Source of the DNA: Candidatus Multivoradales bacterium
Lineage (GTDB): Bacteria > Acidobacteriota > Thermoanaerobaculia > Multivoradales > JAHEKO01
Reading direction: 5' to 3'
NCBI GenBank assembly: GCA_965248055.1
Contig: CBDFIJ010000004.1
Span: 1,312,001-1,376,000 of the forward strand
Length of the DNA: 64,000 nt
The notes beneath the pieces were generated by a model. That model did no database searches and was not told the origin of the DNA. It worked only from the letters and a program-made list of their open reading frames with translations. Shown here in pieces: positions 1 to 8,318 of this stretch; position 1 is the stretch's first letter; each line of letters opens with the position of its first letter. Position numbers and translations under genes: made by a program.

Positions 1-1
1 A

Positions 2-301
2 CGACGCGGTGCCGACCTCAGCCACCTAGTTCAATGGCTATCGACAAAGCCAGCCAGCCTTGCGGGTTTGAGCCGGAGAAAAGGACAGTTCGCGGTTGGC
101 TTCGACGCCGATTTGGTGGTCTGGGATGACGAAGCGTCGCAGGTGGTGGACCCGGCACAGCTTGAACATCGCCACAAGATCACACCCTACGCAGGACGAG
201 AACTTTCAGGAGTCGTTGAGGCGACGGTGCTGCGCGGGCAGTTGGTCTACAGCGAGGGTCAGTTTCTCGAGGAACCACACGGCGCCCTGCTGACACCGTA
301 G
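2..301 (+). CDS. allB: Allantoinase, C-terminal part (5' truncated by window edge)
   Basis: Open frame from base 2 (..WLSTKPASLAGLSRRKGQFAVGFDADLVVWD..HRHKITPYAG..TVLRG) is the typical cyclic amidohydrolase/allantoinase C-terminus; purine-catabolic neighbourhood. Confidence 0.85.
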   Translation, partial: RRGADLSHLVQWLSTKPASLAGLSRRKGQFAVGFDADLVVWDDEASQVVDPAQLEHRHKITPYAGRELSGVVEATVLRGQLVYSEGQFLEEPHGALLTP

Positions 302-326
302 TCGCATTTGCCGACGCTTAAGCGAA

Positions 327-1058
327 TTACTCGCTGGATTCTGGATGGTCTGTCGGAGTACTGGATGGGTGTTGGGAGCGATCGATGACCAGGTAGTCGA
401 TTGCCGCATCCGGCCACTCGATCACCATCCCACGACCGACTCCTTGAGCGACTTCTTCTCCGTAGAGCTGCTCAACCAGATACATCGCGACGTCGTAGCT
501 GGTAGCTCCTCCTTGAGAAGTCAGCGCCTTGCCGTCGTGAACAAAACTGACGCCGCGGCGCACGTCGAGCTGGGGAAATTTCTCGATGTAGGCGTCGACA
601 TCCCCGGGGAAGGTGGTGCTCACCACTTGATCCAGCAAGCCGGCGGCCGCCAGGACGAAGGCGCCGTCGCACAGCGAGACCAGATAGTCGGCCTTGGACC
701 CCACTTCCCGCAGCCAATTCATCATCGCTAAGTTGTCGAGGTCGCTGTCCATCGAGTGCTCGGCGCTCGGCACCACCAGAACGTCGATCTCCGGTGCGTT
801 GTCGATTCCATAGTGAGCGGCAATTTCAAGTCCTTCAAAGGTCGTCACCGGATTGCCGTCCAGCGAAACGGTAAACAACTGCATCCCCGGCTGGGTATGA
901 AACACCGTGTGGTGAAAGATGTCGTAGGGCGCGACTAATTCGCTGTTGAAAACCCCGTCGACGATCAGGAAACCGACCCGCATAGGCTCGGCGGCCTCTT
1001 GCGCTCGGGCCGCGCTGACCAATCCGAACAAGACTAATCCGCAGATGATTCTCTTCAT
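327..1058 (-). CDS. Exported DJ-1/PfpI family protein
   Basis: Signal peptide (..SAARA), GFLIVDGV..E, IDVLVVPS, SLCDGAFVLAAAGLLD nucleophile-elbow motif, TSQG. Confidence 0.85.
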   Translation of the reverse strand: MKRIICGLVLFGLVSAARAQEAAEPMRVGFLIVDGVFNSELVAPYDIFHHTVFHTQPGMQLFTVSLDGNPVTTFEGLEIAAHYGIDNAPEIDVLVVPSAEHSMDSDLDNLAMMNWLREVGSKADYLVSLCDGAFVLAAAGLLDQVVSTTFPGDVDAYIEKFPQLDVRRGVSFVHDGKALTSQGGATSYDVAMYLVEQLYGEEVAQGVGRGMVIEWPDAAIDYLVIDRSQHPSSTPTDHPESSE

Positions 1059-1198
1059 TCTCTGACTCTATTACGGAAGTTTTCTTTCCAACCACCAAGT
1101 AGGCCACAATCCCTGAGCGGTCCAAAACAGGGATTCTGCCTGGCTGATTGGTTATGCTGAGGGCCGTCCACCCGGTCTAAGGACACCTCGCTCTCACC

Positions 1199-2722
1199 AT
1201 GAATGACTTTCTCAAACTCCTCAACCTCACCAGCGAGCGCCTCGGTGCCGTGGTCCTAGCTGCCAACGATGACTTCTTCGCCGAGAAGGAAAACTTGATA
1301 TGTGATGCCGAGGCGATTTGGGATGCTGATCGCTACACCGACCGCGGCAAGTGGATGGACGGTTGGGAGTCCCGCCGACGGCGTGAACCTGGCTATGACT
1401 GGTGTGTCGTACGGCTCGGCTTGCCCGGCATCGTCCGCGGAGTGGTGGTGGACACCGCTCATTTTCGCGGCAACTACCCTGAGAGCTGCTCTATCGAAGC
1501 TTGCAGCTTGCCAACCGAGAGCTCAGTGGAAGATCTGCTCAACCCAGATGTCGAGTGGCTTGAGATCCTCCCCCAAGTAACTCTCGAAGGAAATGCCAAG
1601 AACCCGTTCGAGGTTGATGCTCCATTTCGCTTCACCCACCTGCGACTCAATATCTACCCGGACGGTGGCGTCGCTCGTTTGCGAGTACACGGAGAAGTGG
1701 TACCTGATTCGGTCGCTCTGGCCGCGCCTGACTCCATCAATCTGTTAGCTCTGGAACTGGGAGCCCAAGTGCTGGGTGCCAGTGATCGATTCTTCAGTTC
1801 GCCGGAGAACTTGCTGCGCGCTGGAGATTCCACCGGCATGCACGATGGCTGGGAAACCAAACGCCGCAGGGGTCCGGGAAACGACTGGGCGACTTTTCGT
1901 CTGGCGGCACCCGGCACTGCACGTCAGATCGAAGTCGACACCACGCACTTCAAAGGTAACGCTCCAGGAAGCTGCTCGGTCGAGACCTTGAGCCTGCCTA
2001 AAGGGAACAACGAGGCCTCCGTCGCGAACGCCCCGTGGCAGACCTTGCTGGCCCAAACCGACCTGCAAGCCGATCACAACCACCGATTCGATCAGCTCGA
2101 GACGGTGGATCATCCGATCACCCACCTCAGGCTGCAAACCTATCCAGACGGTGGCGTGGCTCGCCTGCGCCTGTACGGCCAAATGGCAGAATCTGCCCAT
2201 CCCACGCTGGCTCTACGCGAACTCAACTGCCTACCTCCGGCACAAGCCAAACTTCGACTCTTGGATTGTTGCGGTGCTAACGCTTGGGCAGAAGCGATGG
2301 CGTTACAGCGACCCTTTACCGATGTCGCCAGCCTACAAACCGCAGCGGCGTCGGCGGCGGACAGTTTGGGCGACGACCAGTGGCTGGAGGCATTCCGGGC
2401 TCATCCGGCGATCGGCGGCTCCGAGGCCGAACACCCGCGCGGAGAGACCGCGGCAAACTGGTCACATCAGGAACAAAGCGGCGTGGAGTCAGCGGAGGTC
2501 GGTACGCTGAAGGCGCTGGCCGCTACCAATCAACGCTACCGAGAGCGTTTTGGCTTCGGCTTCATCATCTGCGCCACCGGCAAGAGCGCCGAAGAGATCC
2601 TGACATCACTCCAAGAACGCCTCAACCATGATGTCCACCAAGAACTAGCCATCGCCACACAAGAGGAACGCAAGATCTTGCGACTGCGGCTGGCGAGACT
2701 GCTGCAAACAGAAGGTCGGTGA
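1199..2722 (+). CDS. alc: Allantoicase fused to C-terminal OHCU decarboxylase (UraD)
   Basis: Two allantoicase repeats (DGWESRRRR, DGWETKRRR, two YPDGGVARLR) then a UraD domain (CCGA..W, RPF, EAFRAHPAIG, S..EQS, YRERFGFGFIICATG). Confidence 0.92.
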   Translation: MNDFLKLLNLTSERLGAVVLAANDDFFAEKENLICDAEAIWDADRYTDRGKWMDGWESRRRREPGYDWCVVRLGLPGIVRGVVVDTAHFRGNYPESCSIEACSLPTESSVEDLLNPDVEWLEILPQVTLEGNAKNPFEVDAPFRFTHLRLNIYPDGGVARLRVHGEVVPDSVALAAPDSINLLALELGAQVLGASDRFFSSPENLLRAGDSTGMHDGWETKRRRGPGNDWATFRLAAPGTARQIEVDTTHFKGNAPGSCSVETLSLPKGNNEASVANAPWQTLLAQTDLQADHNHRFDQLETVDHPITHLRLQTYPDGGVARLRLYGQMAESAHPTLALRELNCLPPAQAKLRLLDCCGANAWAEAMALQRPFTDVASLQTAAASAADSLGDDQWLEAFRAHPAIGGSEAEHPRGETAANWSHQEQSGVESAEVGTLKALAATNQRYRERFGFGFIICATGKSAEEILTSLQERLNHDVHQELAIATQEERKILRLRLARLLQTEGR

Positions 2723-2726
2723 AACC

Positions 2727-3068
2727 ATGAGCGCGATTACTACCCACATTCTTGACATCGCACGCGGGCAACCCGCCGTTGGCGTCGCGGTCCGCTTAGA
2801 AATCTTCGATGGAGAGAATTGGCGCGTCCTGGGCGAAGGAACTACCGACGAAGACGGTCGCGTCAGTGATCTGCTCGCAGACGATGTCGCTCTAAACGAA
2901 ACCACCCACCGCCTGACCTTCGCGGTGGGCGATTACTTCGCCGAACTCGAAATCGACAGTTTCCATCCCCGGGCGACGATTGAGTTTGTCGTTCGGAGTA
3001 CTACTCAGCACTACCACGTGCCGCTGTTGTTGAGTCCCTTTGGCTACTCGACCTATCGCGGGAGCTAG
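2727..3068 (+). CDS. uraH: 5-hydroxyisourate hydrolase
   Basis: ITTHILD..G.PA, TDEDGR, HYHVPLLLSPFGYSTYRGS signature. Confidence 0.96.
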   Translation: MSAITTHILDIARGQPAVGVAVRLEIFDGENWRVLGEGTTDEDGRVSDLLADDVALNETTHRLTFAVGDYFAELEIDSFHPRATIEFVVRSTTQHYHVPLLLSPFGYSTYRGS

Positions 3069-3679
3069 TGGTCAACCATGAGTCGCCGTCGTAACCGACC
3101 ATTTGCTACCGAGACCATTTGCTGCGGTAATCAGTTGGCGATGATCTTCGTCAACCATCACAGCCACCCGAACTATCCCAAACATGGCAAGGCCCATCAA
3201 TGAGTCCTACGCTGCACTCGATCCTGAATTGCCGCGCGCAGCTCACTAACAGGATCGTTAGTCGATCTGATTTCCTGGACAACACGTAGCGATCGGCGGA
3301 ATCCATCGAGTTCAACCCTGACGTGAACTGTTGCTGAGGGACACAAAACCACACACCAACGTGTGCCACCAGAACCTTCCTTCATTTGGCGCTGTTCTGC
3401 CTCAAGTCTCGCGGCCTAGATACGAGAGCAAGGCATTCTGCAGTCGCTTGTTGTGGTGTGGCCGACTCTATGCACATCACCAAAGGGCCGCACATTTCCA
3501 TCGCGACCAGTTATAGGTCCGCCTCTTCCCTTGAGGGTTACTACGGTCAGATCGCCGGAGTCGCCTGGGCAATAATTTTTGTTGCCGTTGACCTCACAGA
3601 TTGCCATCCACTCACCTCGATCACCGCAAGCGACTTCCGCTTGAAGAGTAGAGGTTGGTGAGCTAGGTCAGGCACGTGC

Positions 3680-3707
3680 TCGACAGGAGTATGGTTGGTG
3701 TTATATT
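3680..3707 (+). promoter_or_regulatory. Putative sigma70-type promoter of the microprotein/beta-propeller operon
   Basis: TCGACA (3680-3685), 16 nt, TATATT (3702-3707) with extended -10 TG. Confidence 0.35.
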
Positions 3708-3797
3708 CTAGATTTGAAGGATTATGATCGTCTCTTCCGCCGGGTAATACCGGAAACGGAAGTAGAGCAGGGGTTAGAAACCAAAGGAGATTCTCAA

Positions 3798-3986
3798 ATG
3801 ATGAAGAAGGTTGTTACTGGACTGTTTTTTTCGGTCGCTTTGTTGGGGATTTTCGCTACACCTGTGGAAGCAGTTGATTTTTGTAGCTACAACCACAGTT
3901 GTTACAGGTTTTACTACGAGAGTCACGGTGATCATTTTCACGCGTACTACAAAACCGACTACAGCTGTTGTCACCAGTACGCTTAG
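3798..3986 (+). CDS. 62-aa secreted Cys/Tyr/His-rich microprotein with HxxHxH histidine triad
   Basis: RBS AAAGGAGA at 3783-3790; signal peptide MMKKVVTGLFFSVALLGIFATPVEA; mature 37 aa with 4 Cys, 8 Tyr, 5 His and HGDHFH. Confidence 0.8.
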   Translation: MMKKVVTGLFFSVALLGIFATPVEAVDFCSYNHSCYRFYYESHGDHFHAYYKTDYSCCHQYA

Positions 3987-3995
3987 GGGCTTTTC

Positions 3996-5192
3996 TTGCG
4001 CCTTGAGGTTCCTGCTGTCGTTTTTTGCTTCTGCCTGGCAACCAGCGGATCGCTGCCTGCTGCGCCGATCGTTCAGCCTGAGAAGCTAGCGGACGAGGAC
4101 ATTAATGCGTTTATGGCGAAGAAGCATGGTCGGCTCATCCTTGGGTCTGATTCAGACGACGACCATTTCGCCTTATTGGATGTTAATGCTGCGCGCATTT
4201 ACTTGTTTGATGCGCAAGGCGGACTAAGGGAGCAGTCACCGCCTTTGGATAAGGCCGAAACCGATCAAGGGCCAACAAGCACCGTCCCGGCGGTGCTTGA
4301 CTCAACCAAAATTGTCGATTTTCACGTTGGCGCCAGGGGCAAGGTCGGCCTCCTTGTCAAGCCATTTTTCATCTACGAATTTGAGGAGATGGGAAAGCGG
4401 ATAGTGGCGTCTTTCCAGGGCCTTCCCTTGGTTAAGTCTATCGCCGAGGTGGACGACGGTTGGGCGGTAAGTGTCGTGCCAGTCCCCGGTCCCCCAGGCA
4501 GAAAACCCCAAAAAAGCAACAGGATTTTCATATATGGCGACTCCGGGCTACCCGAAGCTGCGTTCTTGGAGGTTGGGGAGATAGGCAGCCCGACAACTGG
4601 GGCAGCAGAGGTTCTCTTGGTGGTACACGACAAGAAAGTTAAGTATGCGGTGGAAAGAGGCTCGTATCGAATATACAAACTCGGTCGTGACCGAACAATA
4701 ACGTCCATCGTTGAGGATTCATCGCTGCAGTTCGCAAAAACACAAAGTGACGAAGAGCGAATCGCAGAAATCATGGCGGAGGAGGGGTTTTTCAAGCCAA
4801 AAGATCTTCACCCAAGAGCCGTCCCGCCCATACCGCCGAAGGACCGCCGCGAAGAGTACGAAGAGGAGGGCACGATTGTTGCCCATACGGTGATTCTTAT
4901 ACCAAGGCGTATCGTTCAAGCGGGCGCCTGGGATAAGCACGAACAAAAGCTCATTCTTGTGACGACGGATAAGTCAGGACAGGTTTATCTGGACAGGTTC
5001 GATCCGGCGACAGGCGACCTGTTGCGCTGGCCCCTTGGCGGGGGCTGGAAGGCGTCCGGTATTAGCGTACAAGCCAACGGCTACGTTCTCTTAATCGAAG
5101 ACAATGCCAACCAGAAAGTTAGAATCATAAAGCGCCTTACTTTAGAAGATGGCGAACCGGTCAAGAACAAGCGAATTGTACACGTAGGCTAG
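3996..5192 (+). CDS. Secreted 6-bladed beta-propeller-like protein
   Basis: Hydrophobic N-terminus; blade-like segments (FALLDVNAARIYLFDAQG, NRIFIYGDSG, YAVERGSYRIYKL, VYLDRFDPATG); start codon uncertain. Confidence 0.6.
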   Translation: MRLEVPAVVFCFCLATSGSLPAAPIVQPEKLADEDINAFMAKKHGRLILGSDSDDDHFALLDVNAARIYLFDAQGGLREQSPPLDKAETDQGPTSTVPAVLDSTKIVDFHVGARGKVGLLVKPFFIYEFEEMGKRIVASFQGLPLVKSIAEVDDGWAVSVVPVPGPPGRKPQKSNRIFIYGDSGLPEAAFLEVGEIGSPTTGAAEVLLVVHDKKVKYAVERGSYRIYKLGRDRTITSIVEDSSLQFAKTQSDEERIAEIMAEEGFFKPKDLHPRAVPPIPPKDRREEYEEEGTIVAHTVILIPRRIVQAGAWDKHEQKLILVTTDKSGQVYLDRFDPATGDLLRWPLGGGWKASGISVQANGYVLLIEDNANQKVRIIKRLTLEDGEPVKNKRIVHVG

Positions 5193-5592
5193 CAAAGAGG
5201 ATCAAATATATATTCTTCTTAGAGTTCCAACCTGGGATGGGTGAACCCCCCGTCCTTAGGCCAACCGGGAATTCACTGAGATATTGCGTCACAGTTTTCT
5301 TGAGAAGATCGGGGGACAAGAACTTTCTTAGCTTTTCTATTCTTCGATTAACGCCTTCTTCAACAGCTTCGGATTCTGCCAGCTCGGCAACGCCTCTTTG
5401 CATCCGACTCTCAGCATTCTCAAGCTGCGATCGAAGGTTTCTGAGCTTTCGCTCCTCGAAAAACTTATGAACGCCACAACCCGCGAGAAACGCCCATAAC
5501 AACAGCCCCAGAAGCGTGACCGTCGGGTTATCCTGAAGTGAACGCATAAGCGTTTCGGTCACACCCAAGGCGGAGTTTGAGTTCGCGGCCAT
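5161..5592 (-). CDS. Hypothetical membrane-anchored coiled-coil protein (possibly truncated)
   Basis: One TM segment then a heptad-like charged region; lower GC; overlaps the convergent gene by 32 nt. Confidence 0.45.
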   Translation of the reverse strand: MAANSNSALGVTETLMRSLQDNPTVTLLGLLLWAFLAGCGVHKFFEERKLRNLRSQLENAESRMQRGVAELAESEAVEEGVNRRIEKLRKFLSPDLLKKTVTQYLSEFPVGLRTGGSPIPGWNSKKNIYLILFASLRVQFACS

Positions 5593-5600
5593 ATTGACTC

Positions 5601-6986
5601 TTAGTCTGTACGCCTATCGTTTTCGAAACCGACAATACTATTATTGCGTCCAGGCTCAACAATCTTCAAAAACGAACCTCCCCGTATCGCATCCAGGGAT
5701 AAGCCGGTCCGCTCCACCGCATCGGTCTCACTAATCGCACCGCAGTTGACCGCCCGCAAGAAGTAATTGAGCAAGCCTTGACCGGTGGCAGCGTCGTCGA
5801 AGACGTCTCCTACCAGGGTTGCCTGAGCCGCTTTGCCGACGAAGTTGCTCAGGCGCTCGGCGGCAGCGTCCAGACCCTCGAAAAAAAAGCCGTAGACCGC
5901 AGCGTAGCGGGTTGGCAGCTGTGCCGGGTGGAGATCCCAGCCTTGGTAGTAGGCGCGCTCTAGAGAGTGCCGGACGTGATGGTAGTGCAGACGCCAGGCG
6001 TCGTGGACCGATTCTCGATTTTCGTTTTCTTCCACAGCAGACAGAGCGGGGCCGTCAGCGGTTGCGCGATGGGGCGCCACCGGCAGTACGTTGGTGGCAC
6101 CGTCGCTGAGCCAGATCCCAGTGCTGCCCAAGGCCACTTGCATCACGTCACGGGCGAAATCGCAGGCCGGATGGGTCATGTGCTGGTAAGCCGCGGTGAT
6201 GTCGCACGAAGCGGTGTAGTCATAGGTGCCGAAGTGGGTTGCGGTACAACGGCCTGCGCCAGCGGCAATCAGATCGGGAAGCGCAATGCGACCGCTGGCG
6301 TCAAAAATAGATTGGGTAGTTTCGATCATCATCTCGAAACGCAGCGGCTGGTTCAGAGAAAGCTTGGACTCCAGTCGGCCCAAGAGCCCGGCAAAGACTT
6401 CAACCTGGGCCGGGCTGGTGATCTTGGGCAGAGTAACGACGAATCGCTCCGGAAGATTGCCCCCGGTCGCCTGGGCCACGGTTGAGATAAAGAGGTCGAG
6501 GGTGCGCAGGCTTCGCGCCTTCAACTCTTCGCTCAACGGCTTGACCCGAATACCCAGGAACGGCGGCAAGGCTCCCTCTTGCATTCCGGCCACGGTTTCC
6601 AACGCGGTGCGTTCGGCATCCGCGTCCTCTTCTGCGTCGGGGCGGTTGCCGTAACCGTCCTCAAAATCGATGCGGAAATCTTCAACCGGTTCGCGGCTCA
6701 ACTTGTCGCGGACCCGGTCGTAGACCGGCTCTGCCAGCTGCTCGTCCAACCCGATCGCATTAGCAAAGGTTGCCGCGTCGGGGCCATATTGATCGAGTGC
6801 GGCTCGTGCCAAAGATCCCAGCCTGGTAGCGGTGTTGCGCTTGAAGATCTGTGCCCCACCGTAGACCGTGTGTACCGGTTGGCGGCGACCGTCATCACCG
6901 GGATAGATGCGGGCGACCTCGGCGTTGGCCTTAGCCAGTTGTTCCAACAAGGGAGCGAGAACTTCGTCGGTCAAAGTTGGATTCAT
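5601..6986 (-). CDS. HpcH/HpaI aldolase / citrate-lyase-beta-fold enzyme (DUF6986-like)
   Basis: RQPVHTVYGG, EDFRIDFEDGYG, VTLPK, EMMIET, HFGTYDY, LSDGATN, QGWDLHPAQL motifs. Confidence 0.8.
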   Translation of the reverse strand: MNPTLTDEVLAPLLEQLAKANAEVARIYPGDDGRRQPVHTVYGGAQIFKRNTATRLGSLARAALDQYGPDAATFANAIGLDEQLAEPVYDRVRDKLSREPVEDFRIDFEDGYGNRPDAEEDADAERTALETVAGMQEGALPPFLGIRVKPLSEELKARSLRTLDLFISTVAQATGGNLPERFVVTLPKITSPAQVEVFAGLLGRLESKLSLNQPLRFEMMIETTQSIFDASGRIALPDLIAAGAGRCTATHFGTYDYTASCDITAAYQHMTHPACDFARDVMQVALGSTGIWLSDGATNVLPVAPHRATADGPALSAVEENENRESVHDAWRLHYHHVRHSLERAYYQGWDLHPAQLPTRYAAVYGFFFEGLDAAAERLSNFVGKAAQATLVGDVFDDAATGQGLLNYFLRAVNCGAISETDAVERTGLSLDAIRGGSFLKIVEPGRNNSIVGFENDRRTD

Positions 6987-6993
6987 GAATTTC

Positions 6994-7857
6994 TCAGCTC
7001 TGTGGTGATCCCGGTTCAGCAGCTAACTCGAGGGTCAACCGGCGGACTACCCGTTGCAATGCGAAGCGGCGATATTCCGCGGTAGAGCGAACATCGTCGA
7101 TCGGTTGCACGGCATCTGCCGCTAGACGACCGGCCAGATCGGCGGTCTCTGGTTCGGCAAGCAGGCCGGAAATACTCTGCTCGACCGAGGTCAGCCGCAG
7201 CGGCACCGCCGCGACACTGCCAGCGGCCAGGCGAAAGTCATGGAATCGACCCTGCTCGACCCTTGCCACGACGCACACCACCACTTTGCTGATCGCCTGC
7301 GCCGCGCGGGTACCCACCTTGCGGAAGGCTTGGCGAGTGCCGGGCGCGAGAATCGGCAAATGCAAGGCGACCAAGAGTTCCCCGGGCCGCAAGACAGTCT
7401 GTCGATAGCCGGTGGTGAAATCTGCGTAGGCCACTCGCCGTTCGCCGTTTGCTCCGGCGATCACAGCTTCTGCGTCCAGGGCCAGTAGGACCGGCAACGA
7501 GTCTCCGGCCGGGCTGGCGTTGACCACATTGCCACCCACGGTTGCGCGATTTTGAATCTGCCAACCACCGATCTCGGAGGCGGCTTGTGCTAGCGCTGGA
7601 AAGTACTCTTGCACGACCGGTGCGCGGCGAATCTGCGAGAAGGTGGTGGTGGCACCGAGGGTAACCCCCTCGGAAGACTCGCGGATGCCACGCAATTCAG
7701 GAAGCGCCAAAAGATCAAGCACCGCCGGCAAGTCGGCGCGCACCTCGGGCTCAGAGACCATCAAATCGGTGCAACCGGCAACCGGTCGCAATTCGGGGTC
7801 GGCGCGCAGTAAGTCGATCGCCTCAGCCAGTGAGGAGGGAGTCGCAACGCGAGTCAC
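6994..7857 (-). CDS. Xanthine dehydrogenase family FAD-binding subunit
   Basis: AGCTDL, IGGWQIQNRATVGGNVVNASPAGD, PIDDVRSTAEYR; GTG start at 7857 overlaps the upstream stop. Confidence 0.9.
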   Translation of the reverse strand: MTRVATPSSLAEAIDLLRADPELRPVAGCTDLMVSEPEVRADLPAVLDLLALPELRGIRESSEGVTLGATTTFSQIRRAPVVQEYFPALAQAASEIGGWQIQNRATVGGNVVNASPAGDSLPVLLALDAEAVIAGANGERRVAYADFTTGYRQTVLRPGELLVALHLPILAPGTRQAFRKVGTRAAQAISKVVVCVVARVEQGRFHDFRLAAGSVAAVPLRLTSVEQSISGLLAEPETADLAGRLAADAVQPIDDVRSTAEYRRFALQRVVRRLTLELAAEPGSPQS

Positions 7858-8318
7858 GCTCCATCCTCTTCTGTCGGGTCGTCCACCAAGGCACGAAAGA
7901 TCCCCTCGTAGCCGGTGCAGCGGCACAGGTTGCCAGCCAGTGCTTCCTGGACTTCGGCCCGCGACGGTCGCTCTGACTCTTTGCGCATCGCCCAAGCGGT
8001 GACGATGATGCCCGGGGTGCAAGCACCACATTGCACGCCGCCGGTCTCGACAAAGCGATCGAGAAACTCTCCTGTTGGTCCCGCCGCCACTCCTTCGACT
8101 GTGGTGATCGATCGATCACGACACTGCATCAATGGAACCAAACAGGAGAGCACCGGCACGCCATCCATCAGAACCGTGCAGGCACCGCACTCTCCCTCGC
8201 CGCAGCCTTCTTTGGTACCGATCGCGTCAAACTCACGACGCACAATATCCAAGAGGCGATCCATCGGATGGCCCTCGACGGTAACCGCAGCCCCATTGAG
8301 TTCGAACGCAACTTTCAT
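7854..8318 (-). CDS. Xanthine dehydrogenase family 2x[2Fe-2S] subunit
   Basis: GTKEGCGEGECGACTV, QCGACTPG, GNLCRCTGY. Confidence 0.95.
   Translation of the reverse strand: MKVAFELNGAAVTVEGHPMDRLLDIVRREFDAIGTKEGCGEGECGACTVLMDGVPVLSCLVPLMQCRDRSITTVEGVAAGPTGEFLDRFVETGGVQCGACTPGIIVTAWAMRKESERPSRAEVQEALAGNLCRCTGYEGIFRALVDDPTEEDGA

Noticed and set aside
3714-3797. Extra 28-residue leader on the microprotein (RiPP-like precursor)
   Set aside because: TTG start without an RBS, whereas the ATG at 3798 has a strong RBS and begins a classical signal peptide. No RiPP maturase (rSAM, YcaO, LanM) is nearby.
7858-8031. N-terminal extension of the XDH FAD subunit
   Set aside because: It lies within the 2Fe-2S gene in another frame; the coupled GTG start is at 7857.
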